DNA of 24,637 bases from Syntrophomonadaceae bacterium (lineage in GTDB: Bacteria > Bacillota > Ch66 > Ch109): NCBI GenBank assembly GCA_012512295.1, contig JAAZDI010000044.1, positions 1-24,637 of the forward strand, read 5' to 3'. The notes under the pieces are model-generated. The model was not told the origin of the DNA. It did not search any database and saw only the letters and a list, made by a program, of their open reading frames with translations. This document shows positions 1 to 7,611 of the stretch, piece by piece. Made by a program: the position numbers and the translations under genes. Positions within the stretch are counted from its first letter, which is position 1, and the number at the start of each line of letters is the position of its first letter.

Positions 1-637
1 CCATGGTGGTTAAGGCTTCTTTAATGGTAAAAGGTCCACACGCGGTTCGAATCAAAAAAGCCATACAGCCACCACAACCTAACTTGTCCCCTAAATCGGC
101 ACAAAGTGTCCGGATATAGGTTCCTTTAGATACGGTAACATCAAATAGTACTCGAGGACAATACTGAGTTAATTGAATTCGCTGAATCTGAATGTCATGA
201 ATTATAACGGAACGCGGTTTTCTAACCACTTGTTTGCCTTCTCGGGCTAATTTATATAATCTCTTCCCACCTTGTTTAACCGCTGAGAACATCGGCGGGA
301 CCTGTTCTTGCCGACCGATTAATTGTTCAAGAACCTTTATTTTTTGATCATCTGTCAATAGACAATTCAAGTTATTATTGATTATCTTACCGAAAAAATC
401 TTGACTGTCTGTTTCTACTCCAAGCAGTACCTCGACCCGATATTTTTTAGGCCAATCAGCCATATATTCTGCTAATCGTGTCGCCGGCCCAACACAAATC
501 GGTAAGACGCCAGCTGCCCCAGGATCTAGAGTTCCCAAATGACCAATTTGACGGATTCCCAATAGTCGGCGAAGCCAATTTACCATATCGTGCGATGTCG
601 GCCCCGGGGGTTTTAATAGGTTAATCAGTCCTATCAT
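1..637 (-). CDS. truB: tRNA pseudouridine(55) synthase TruB, 5' part (runs off the left edge; missing from the ORF track)
   Basis: Manual translation from ATG at 637: MIGLINLLKPPGPTSHDMVNWLRRLLGIRQIGHLGTLDPGAAGVLPICVG, with the catalytic GTLD motif. Near the edge it reads FLIRTACGPFTIKEAL. Canonical position after rbfA-nrnA. Confidence 0.97.
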   Translation of the reverse strand, partial: MIGLINLLKPPGPTSHDMVNWLRRLLGIRQIGHLGTLDPGAAGVLPICVGPATRLAEYMADWPKKYRVEVLLGVETDSQDFFGKIINNNLNCLLTDDQKIKVLEQLIGRQEQVPPMFSAVKQGGKRLYKLAREGKQVVRKPRSVIIHDIQIQRIQLTQYCPRVLFDVTVSKGTYIRTLCADLGDKLGCGGCMAFLIRTACGPFTIKEALTTM

Positions 638-674
638 TTTACCACAATCCTACAGGAATACATTAAAAAAACAT

Positions 675-1667
675 TCATTTTACAGTTTCTTGCTTTAAAT
701 CTTGTTTCAAGAGGTCCTCCGCCGCCAAGATTACCTGATTAACCACCTCAGGCATCCTTTCGTTAATAACGCATCCGGCCGCACTTCTATGTCCACCACC
801 GCCAAACTGACCCGCCAGTTTATTAACGTCGACGCCACACTTCGAACGAAATCCCACCTTTACTTTTCCAGGAGAAATCTCTCGAAAAAGTATGCCTATT
901 TTTACACCGGCCACAGAGCGTGGATAATTAATCAGTTCTTCACAATGTTCATCCCGCGCCCCTGTACGGTCAAGCATCTCTTGAGTAATCTCCACCCAAG
1001 CCAGCTGCCCATCAGGTGAAGTTTTCAACGTCTGCAGCGCTTCACCCATTAGGCGAAGCATGGCTAAGGGGCGAGTTTCAAACAAATTATCTCTAACTTG
1101 ATCTAGATCTACTCCCTGTTCCAAAAAATAAGCTGCTAAACGGTGGGTAGCGGCAGTCGTGTTGGAGTAACGAAAACTACCAGTGTCCATCACTATCCCG
1201 GTATATAAGGCAGTGGCAATCGATTGATTAAGCTTGATTTTCAACGGACCTAAGAGTTTAGCAACAATCTCGGCCGTAGCCGCTGCCTCCTCATCTACTA
1301 GGTTATAGTGACCAAAACGTGAATTGCTCAAATGATGATCAATATTGACTAAAACTGCCGCTTTCTTCAGCCGTTCGGCTAAGCCCGGACCAACTCGTTC
1401 CACATCAGTACAATCAACCAGCACAACTGTATCTGGCACTTCTTCTACTTGCTCTGGCCGGAGTATCCGACTTGCTCCATCCAAATAACTATACATAGAG
1501 GGGGTTTTGTCATTATTTACCATAATCACTTCTTTGCCCAGAGACTCTAACCCCAGACCTAAACCAATCAGGGTACCAATACTATCACCATCCGGATTTA
1601 CATGAGACGCAATGAGAATTCGATCAGCAAGACGGAGAACCTCAACTAGAGACTCATGATTCTCCAT
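675..1667 (-). CDS. nrnA: DHH/DHHA1 family bifunctional oligoribonuclease / pAp phosphatase NrnA
   Basis: Motifs SHVNPDGDSIG, VDC, IDHH, DTGSF and C-terminal GGGGHRSAAG. Overlaps the rbfA stop. Conserved rbfA-nrnA-truB order. Confidence 0.93.
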   Translation of the reverse strand: MENHESLVEVLRLADRILIASHVNPDGDSIGTLIGLGLGLESLGKEVIMVNNDKTPSMYSYLDGASRILRPEQVEEVPDTVVLVDCTDVERVGPGLAERLKKAAVLVNIDHHLSNSRFGHYNLVDEEAAATAEIVAKLLGPLKIKLNQSIATALYTGIVMDTGSFRYSNTTAATHRLAAYFLEQGVDLDQVRDNLFETRPLAMLRLMGEALQTLKTSPDGQLAWVEITQEMLDRTGARDEHCEELINYPRSVAGVKIGILFREISPGKVKVGFRSKCGVDVNKLAGQFGGGGHRSAAGCVINERMPEVVNQVILAAEDLLKQDLKQETVK

Positions 1668-2034
1668 CCGGCATCCCCCCTGATTTCAAGTCGGCGTTCT
1701 TCACTTGATCCAAAATATTAGCAATCCGCACCCCGTGTTCAATTGAGTCATCAATTTTAAAGGTTAATTCTGGAGTAAAACGCAATCTAATCCGGCGAGC
1801 CAATTCCGAACGAATAAAACCGCTAGCCCTTTTCAAGGCCTGCGCTACCTCTTGTCGTTCCTCCTGACTGCCCAAGACACTGATAAATACTTTGGCATAG
1901 CGCAAATCGGAGGATACATCTACCCGGGTAACACTTACAAAGCCGACCCGAGGATCCTTGATCTCCTCCCTTAGGATTTGGGAAACTTCTTTCTTCATTT
2001 CTTCAGCCAGCCGATTAGCCCGGTGAAATCCCAT
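1654..2034 (-). CDS. rbfA: 30S ribosome-binding factor RbfA (126 aa; start moved from the ORF track's 2061)
   Basis: RANRLAEEMKKEVSQIL..KDPRVGFVSVTRVDVSSDLRYAKVFIS..RFTPELTF. SD AGGAGGTG precedes the ATG at 2034. Confidence 0.97.
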   Translation of the reverse strand: MGFHRANRLAEEMKKEVSQILREEIKDPRVGFVSVTRVDVSSDLRYAKVFISVLGSQEERQEVAQALKRASGFIRSELARRIRLRFTPELTFKIDDSIEHGVRIANILDQVKNADLKSGGMPDGES

Positions 2035-2099
2035 AAAATCAACACCTCCTGATTCACGCAAGTGTAACGCCCAGAGTACTATTCATAGTCTGAGGATTC

Positions 2100-5018
2100 T
2101 TAAAGAGAACGTTCCACTTTCTCCATAATATAAGCTTCAATAGCATCGCCTACTTTGAGATCCTGAAAATTCTCAAGACCAATGCCACACTCATATCCCT
2201 GAGCTACCTCTTTAACATCGTCCTTGAAACGTCGCAACGAATCAATTTTGCTTTCTTGAACTACTATCCCATTGCGAATTACCCTTGCTTCAGCACCTTT
2301 AAGAATTTTTCCTTCTAACACATAACTGCCGGCTATTATTCCTACTTTTGGTACTTTAAAAGTAGCCCGAACCTCGGCTCGTCCAAGGATAACTTCTTTC
2401 CAATCTGGATCAAGCAATCCGCTCATCGCGGCCCGTATATCATCAACTGCCTCATAGATTACCCGGTATAGCCGAATATCCACCTGTTCTTGTTCAGCAG
2501 CCCGGCGGGTATTCTGATCTGGCCGAACGTTAAACCCGATAATGATCGCATTCGAGGCAGAAGCCAACATAACATCACTTTCAGTAATGGTCCCAACCCC
2601 GGTATGCACCAAGTTTACTCTTACCTCATCCGTACTCAATTTCTCCAATGACTGGCGTAAGGCCTCAATTGACCCCTGGACATCACCCTTAATAATCAGA
2701 TTTAATTCTTTTATTTGACCCTCTTTTATCTGTTTAAAAAGATCGTCTAGGGTAACCCGGGTCTTTTTGTGCATTTCCTCTTCTCGTCGCTGATCCTGCC
2801 TGGTTTCAGTAATCTGACGAGCAATCTTTTCCTCTGGAACTACTTGGAAAACATCACCGGCCATCGGCACCTCATCTAAACCGAGTACTTCAACTGGCGT
2901 TGAGGGAGTTGCTTCTTTCAGCCATTCACCCCGATGGTCTACCATAGCCCGAACCTTGCCATAGGTCAGCCCCACTAAGATGGAGTCCCCCACGCGCAAA
3001 GTGCCATGCTGTACAAGCATTGTGGCTACTGGGCCACGTCCCTTATCTAACTGAGCTTCAATAACCGTACCCTTGGCATTTCGATTCGGATTGGCTTTTA
3101 ACTCATTCATTTCCGCGACTAGTAAAATCATCTCTAACAGGGTATCCAAACCTTCCCGAGTATGGGCAGATACCGGTACACAGATAGTATCTCCACCCCA
3201 GTCTTCAGCTAGTAACCCATATTCAGTTAACTGCTGTTTGATTCGATCTGGGTTGGCGGTAGGTTTATCAATTTTATTAATCGCCACAATAATTGGGACA
3301 TTAGCTGCCTTCGCGTGGTTTATTGCCTCAACCGTTTGCGGCATTACTCCATCGTCAGCGGCCACGACCAAAATAGCTATATCGGTTACCTGAGCCCCTC
3401 TGGCTCTCATCGCGGTAAAAGCCTCGTGACCGGGCGTATCAATAAAAGTTATCTTTTTTTCATTTACTTCTACTTGATAAGCGCCTATATGTTGGGTAAT
3501 ACCTCCAGCCTCATTTTCCGTGACCTTGGTCCGCCGGATCGCGTCTAATAGTGACGTCTTACCATGGTCAACATGACCCATGACTGTTACAACTGGCGGT
3601 CTCTCTACCAGAGTAGCTGGGTCATCATCAACATCCTGCAGTAACGCCTCTTCCTGAGTAATCTCTGGTTTAGCATCGACGCCTAGTTCACTACAAACTA
3701 ACGCAGCTGTATCAAAGTCAATCGTCTGAGTTGCTGTAACCATTACCCCCATAGCCATTAATCGCTTGATTATCTCTGCCGAAGTCTTATTTAGCGCGCT
3801 AGCTAGGTCCTGAACAGTCACCGCCTTGCCAATAGTCACTAACTTTGGCAAACTTGGTGCAGTTATCGACTGGGATGCCTTATTCTTAGCTGCCCCTTTG
3901 CCACCATGCCGACCAGTTTTTTTACGGCCCCGCCCTAAATCAAAGTGATCATCTTCGATAATGCTGTGGACGTCAAATTTGTCTCGGCCAACCAAAGGAC
4001 GTACTGATGCTTTTTTCAGCTCTGTTTTTTTGGCTGATAATGATTTTTTAGCTCCTCGCCCGGGTAATGAATCGCCAAGTACTTTAGCCTTGTCGCGGTC
4101 GATCGTTCGGCTATTCGGTTTAGTTGATATCGGCGATGATGTAACAATCGGTTTGGGCCCGGCTGCACCTTGGCCAAACGGTCTGCCAGTTGCTCGATCA
4201 CCCGGTCTTCCGCCACTACGATCACCTGGTCTTCCTCCTGGACGATCACCCTGGGGTCTACCCATTAGTGATCGGTCACCCTGAGATCTATTCATTGACG
4301 GCCGGTCACCTTGGGGTCTATTCATAGGTCGATCACTCGACGGTCTCCCTTGAATTGGTTTCCGATCAACCGATCCATGTTCTGGAAGCCCAAAATTTTG
4401 CTCACCGTTATGGTGTCCCGGCACTCGATCTTTCCGGGGTCCAATATTAGCAACCGGTCGGTGACCTGAATCTTGGATATGACCATTACCTCTACTCGGT
4501 CCATCAAGCTGACTAGGTCTAATTGGCTGACTTTCGGATTTAAACGATCTCTGATCTGGCCTTTGCCCTTTCCGGTCTGTTCCCGAAGGATAACTGGATT
4601 GTGCTCCAGATCGATCAGAATCACGGCCTCCTGGACGTTCTGATGTTTTTCTAGAACCGTCCGTACGTGAAATTGGTTTTTGTTCAAAACCCCGATTATC
4701 TTGGGGTTGAGCTGCTGTATTTTGGTTATCCAGCCATTTATTATTCTTTTCGCTTTCTGCATTTTTAACGCCCAAAGACTTTGTCGTCAATAGCCCTTGT
4801 TGACTTGATGCCGAATCAATCTTTGTTACAACAGCTTCTGCTTTTTCTAAGACAGGAGTTTGCTTCAGGGCATAATTTTTTATCCTAGCTACTTCTGTTT
4901 CTTCGAGGGTGCTGAAATGATTCTTAACCTGTATCCCTAGATCCAGGAGCCGGTTTACTAAGTCTCGGCTGTTAAGTCCCATTTCTTTTGCCAACTCATG
5001 CACCCTAATTTTTGCCAT
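2100..5018 (-). CDS. infB: Translation initiation factor IF-2 (972 aa)
   Basis: N-terminal [10 protein letters not shown]; G-domain motifs [20 protein letters not shown] and NKID; C-terminal GYECGI. SD GGGGGTGA. Confidence 0.99.
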   Translation of the reverse strand: MAKIRVHELAKEMGLNSRDLVNRLLDLGIQVKNHFSTLEETEVARIKNYALKQTPVLEKAEAVVTKIDSASSQQGLLTTKSLGVKNAESEKNNKWLDNQNTAAQPQDNRGFEQKPISRTDGSRKTSERPGGRDSDRSGAQSSYPSGTDRKGQRPDQRSFKSESQPIRPSQLDGPSRGNGHIQDSGHRPVANIGPRKDRVPGHHNGEQNFGLPEHGSVDRKPIQGRPSSDRPMNRPQGDRPSMNRSQGDRSLMGRPQGDRPGGRPGDRSGGRPGDRATGRPFGQGAAGPKPIVTSSPISTKPNSRTIDRDKAKVLGDSLPGRGAKKSLSAKKTELKKASVRPLVGRDKFDVHSIIEDDHFDLGRGRKKTGRHGGKGAAKNKASQSITAPSLPKLVTIGKAVTVQDLASALNKTSAEIIKRLMAMGVMVTATQTIDFDTAALVCSELGVDAKPEITQEEALLQDVDDDPATLVERPPVVTVMGHVDHGKTSLLDAIRRTKVTENEAGGITQHIGAYQVEVNEKKITFIDTPGHEAFTAMRARGAQVTDIAILVVAADDGVMPQTVEAINHAKAANVPIIVAINKIDKPTANPDRIKQQLTEYGLLAEDWGGDTICVPVSAHTREGLDTLLEMILLVAEMNELKANPNRNAKGTVIEAQLDKGRGPVATMLVQHGTLRVGDSILVGLTYGKVRAMVDHRGEWLKEATPSTPVEVLGLDEVPMAGDVFQVVPEEKIARQITETRQDQRREEEMHKKTRVTLDDLFKQIKEGQIKELNLIIKGDVQGSIEALRQSLEKLSTDEVRVNLVHTGVGTITESDVMLASASNAIIIGFNVRPDQNTRRAAEQEQVDIRLYRVIYEAVDDIRAAMSGLLDPDWKEVILGRAEVRATFKVPKVGIIAGSYVLEGKILKGAEARVIRNGIVVQESKIDSLRRFKDDVKEVAQGYECGIGLENFQDLKVGDAIEAYIMEKVERSL
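4184..4337 (-). repeat. Degenerate coding tandem repeats in the IF-2 linker: three 30-nt units followed by 24-nt units
   Basis: ATG recurs at 4325/4295/4265 (30-nt period; [30 protein letters not shown]). GGTGATC recurs at 4250/4226/4202 (24-nt period; [16 protein letters not shown]). Confidence 0.85.
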
Positions 5019-5035
5019 CGAATCACCCCCACAAT

Positions 5036-5371
5036 CTAACCATTAGCGAAACTAAATTCTGGTCGAACTACCCTGAGTACGGCTCTGGCCATCTGTTGAT
5101 CAGTTATTGCCAACACTGCTCGGGGCGATTGACCGGTACAACTAGCTAAAACTTCTTTTTTGGCTAAGACAATACAAGGAATTCCAGTTTCTTCACAGGC
5201 CCTGAGAAACTCCGCCTTGGTACGGACAGATGCATCTTCAGCGACAACTACCAAGTAAGCCTTTTTCTTTTTTAGAACTGACCTCACCGCTTCGGTCCCG
5301 GTGATCACCTTACCGGCGCGAAAACCTAACCCGATTAAGGATTTCCATTTTTCTGCCGCATGGCAACTCAT
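5036..5371 (-). CDS. ylxQ: L7Ae/L30e-family RNA-binding protein YlxQ
   Basis: [35 protein letters not shown]. Lies between ylxR and infB. Confidence 0.9.
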   Translation of the reverse strand: MSCHAAEKWKSLIGLGFRAGKVITGTEAVRSVLKKKKAYLVVVAEDASVRTKAEFLRACEETGIPCIVLAKKEVLASCTGQSPRAVLAITDQQMARAVLRVVRPEFSFANG

Positions 5372-5377
5372 AAAAAT

Positions 5378-5644
5378 TTAAGTCACCACTTTCTCCTGAA
5401 GCAACTCTAAAACTTCTGGACCAACTGGGCGAGCAAGCGCTTTTTCCAAACGTTTGCCTTTGATGGCCTGGTTTAAACAGTCTAATGATGGGCAAACATA
5501 AGCTCCGCGACCGGCCTTTTTGCCAGTCGGGTCAACAATTATATCGCCCTCAGGTGTACGAACCACTCGGATAAGATCCTTTTTATTCCTCATCTCCTGA
5601 CAGCCGACACACTTTCGCTGAGGGATTTTTTTCACCCTGACCAT
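5378..5644 (-). CDS. rnpM: RNase P modulator RnpM (YlxR/DUF448), 88 aa
   Basis: KKIPQRKCVGC..KKDLIRVVR..GRGAYVC..CL signature. The ATG at 5644 is preceded by SD AAGGGGTG, which overlaps the ORF-track GTG. Confidence 0.92.
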   Translation of the reverse strand: MVRVKKIPQRKCVGCQEMRNKKDLIRVVRTPEGDIIVDPTGKKAGRGAYVCPSLDCLNQAIKGKRLEKALARPVGPEVLELLQEKVVT

Positions 5645-5656
5645 CTTGCTCACCCC

Positions 5657-6757
5657 TTATTCTTGGTAATCATTATCATTTTCCGTATTATGCGCTTCTT
5701 TTTGATAGTCTTCTTCCAGGAAATAACCGGCTTGTGATTCGCTCTTTATATCGATCTTCCAACCAGTTAATTTAGCCGCCAGTCGTGCATTTTGACCTTC
5801 TTTACCAATCGCTAGCGACAGTTGATAATCCGGAACAATAACCCGAGCAATCTTTTCTTTTTCCTGAATCTCTACCGTTAGCACCTTAGCCGGACTCAAA
5901 GCATTTGCGACAAATCTTGTCGGGTCCGAACTCCATTTAATAATGTCTATTTTTTCTCCCCGCAGTTCATTGACAATTGCCTGAACCCGCATTCCTTTAG
6001 GTCCAACACATGCCCCAACTGGGTCTACATTCTCATCCCGGGAGTGAACCGCGATCTTGGAACGCGCTCCAGCCTCACGGGCGACATTCTTTAGTTCGAC
6101 TACACCCTCAAAAATTTCCGGCACTTCTAATTCGAATAGCCGTTTTAGTAACCCTGGGTGAGTCCGGGACACTAAAATCTGGGGCCCTTTAGTCGTCTTT
6201 TTTACTTCGACGATGTAAATCTTTATTCGATCCCCCGTCCGGTACTCTTCACCCGGCATTTGTTCCGAAGGAGTAAGAATTGCTTCAGTCTTACCCAAGT
6301 CAATCAGAATATTTCTCTGTTCCTGACGCTGGACTAAACCGGTCACAATATCGCCTTCTCGATTGGCAAACTCCTCAAAGATCATTCCGCGTTCCGCCTC
6401 ACGCAACCGTTGGACTACTACTTGTTTAGCTGTTTGGGCAGCAATCCTGCCAAAATCTCTGGGAGTTACCTCAATTTCCACCACGTCTTCGAGTTCATAC
6501 CGAGGGTCAAGTCTTTGAGCCTCCGTTATAGAAATCTCGGCTCGGGAATCTTTAACCTCATCAACGACAAGTTTCCGAGCTAGCACTCTAACATTTCCAG
6601 ATTCTGGATCAATTTCGACTCGAACATTTTGGAGCGAGCCGAAATTTTTACGGTAAGCTGAAACCAAGGCCCCCTCTATAACTTCTAATATAATATCAGT
6701 TGCGATTCCTTTCTCTTTTTCTAGATCACGAAGTGCCTGGAAAAACTCCTGATTCAT
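5657..6757 (-). CDS. nusA: Transcription termination/antitermination factor NusA
   Basis: FGRIAAQTAKQV, S1 domain, KH motifs GACVGPKGMRV and SLAIGKEGQNARLAAKLTGWKIDI. SD AAGGAGG. Confidence 0.99.
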   Translation of the reverse strand: MNQEFFQALRDLEKEKGIATDIILEVIEGALVSAYRKNFGSLQNVRVEIDPESGNVRVLARKLVVDEVKDSRAEISITEAQRLDPRYELEDVVEIEVTPRDFGRIAAQTAKQVVVQRLREAERGMIFEEFANREGDIVTGLVQRQEQRNILIDLGKTEAILTPSEQMPGEEYRTGDRIKIYIVEVKKTTKGPQILVSRTHPGLLKRLFELEVPEIFEGVVELKNVAREAGARSKIAVHSRDENVDPVGACVGPKGMRVQAIVNELRGEKIDIIKWSSDPTRFVANALSPAKVLTVEIQEKEKIARVIVPDYQLSLAIGKEGQNARLAAKLTGWKIDIKSESQAGYFLEEDYQKEAHNTENDNDYQE

Positions 6758-6807
6758 TGGCAGGTAGTCCTCCTTATTCTGTTTTAAATTGACTCATCTG
6801 ACCATGG

Positions 6808-7356
6808 TTAATCGAAATCTACTGCTAGACGGGCAGAAGCAATCATATTCAGAGGTACAGAAATGATTCTGTCATCCCATTCCAACATGATTTGTCCATT
6901 CGATAAACCCTTTAAGGTGCCTTCCATGACTTTCTTTCCCTCTACCGCCGCATATGTCGTAACCCGAATTTTATTTCCCTGATAACGCTGAAAGTCCGCT
7001 TCTTTTTTCAGCGGACGTTCCAATCCAGGGCTGCTTACTTCAAGATAATATGACTGGCTAATTAGGTCAGCCTCATCCAGGACCGGCTCTATCTTATTGC
7101 TCAGAGCCTGGCAAATGTCTAGGTCAATACCTTCTGGTCTGTCTATAAAAATACGCAAGTACCAGTTTGGACCTTCTTTCAGATAATTGACCTCAACCAG
7201 TTCCAAACCCATTGCTTCAGCCAATGGCTCAACCATTTGAGTCACTAAGGTTTCAATTCTATCCTTAGAGCCTCTTGCTCCGCCAAAAAATAGCCCCCTT
7301 TTGGCCTCTTGTTTTTGAGAATGCGATTTATGGGCCCCTTTTGAGCGTTGCTTCAT
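6808..7356 (-). CDS. rimP: Ribosome maturation factor RimP (start uncertain; maximal ORF given)
   Basis: GLELVEVNYLKEG..LRIFIDRPEGIDLDIC..YYLEVSSPGLERPL. The ATG at 7356 has no nearby SD; an in-frame GTG lies at 7245 (see findings). Confidence 0.93.
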   Translation of the reverse strand: MKQRSKGAHKSHSQKQEAKRGLFFGGARGSKDRIETLVTQMVEPLAEAMGLELVEVNYLKEGPNWYLRIFIDRPEGIDLDICQALSNKIEPVLDEADLISQSYYLEVSSPGLERPLKKEADFQRYQGNKIRVTTYAAVEGKKVMEGTLKGLSNGQIMLEWDDRIISVPLNMIASARLAVDFD

Positions 7357-7460
7357 TAAATACTTGGCGCCGGGTACCCCCCTGTGCTGAGAGAGTATTA
7401 CGCGCCGGTCACCTCCTGCTTCATTTATAAACGCGGCTCATTATGGCAAACAGAATTCAT

Positions 7461-7490
7461 AAACAAAGAGTGGGCTTTTACCCACTCTTT
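7461..7490 (-). terminator. rimP-nusA-infB leader attenuator hairpin
   Basis: Minus strand AAAGAGTGGG-TAAAAG-CCCACTCTTT-GTTT: a perfect 10-bp stem (7465-7474 / 7481-7490) with a short U tail. This GAGTGGG..CCCACTC hairpin is typical upstream of rimP in Bacillota, and NusA-dependent attenuation in this leader is established in Bacillus subtilis. Confidence 0.8.
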
Positions 7491-7534
7491 ACCTCCTCCT
7501 GTACTATCCGTAAATCTTAATCAATGACAGGGCT

Positions 7535-7563
7535 ATTATAACATAGCTGTTTGAAGTTGACAA
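7535..7563 (-). promoter_or_regulatory. SigA-type promoter for the rimP-nusA-infB operon
   Basis: TTGTCA (7563-7558), 17-nt spacer, TATAAT (7540-7535), with an extended -10 TG. Confidence 0.85.
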
Positions 7564-7611
7564 GGGCTAGCTTAAATTAAGGCGGTTAGTGGCACACGGG
7601 GACAGATTATA

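Noticed and set aside
4016-4762. Same-strand +1-frame ORFs (146 aa and 77 aa) overprinting the IF-2 linker, with few stops over about 750 nt
   Set aside because: +1-frame stops need NTA/NTG codons (Leu/Ile/Val/Met), which are scarce in a disordered linker, so long open stretches are expected. There is no SD before ATG 4762.
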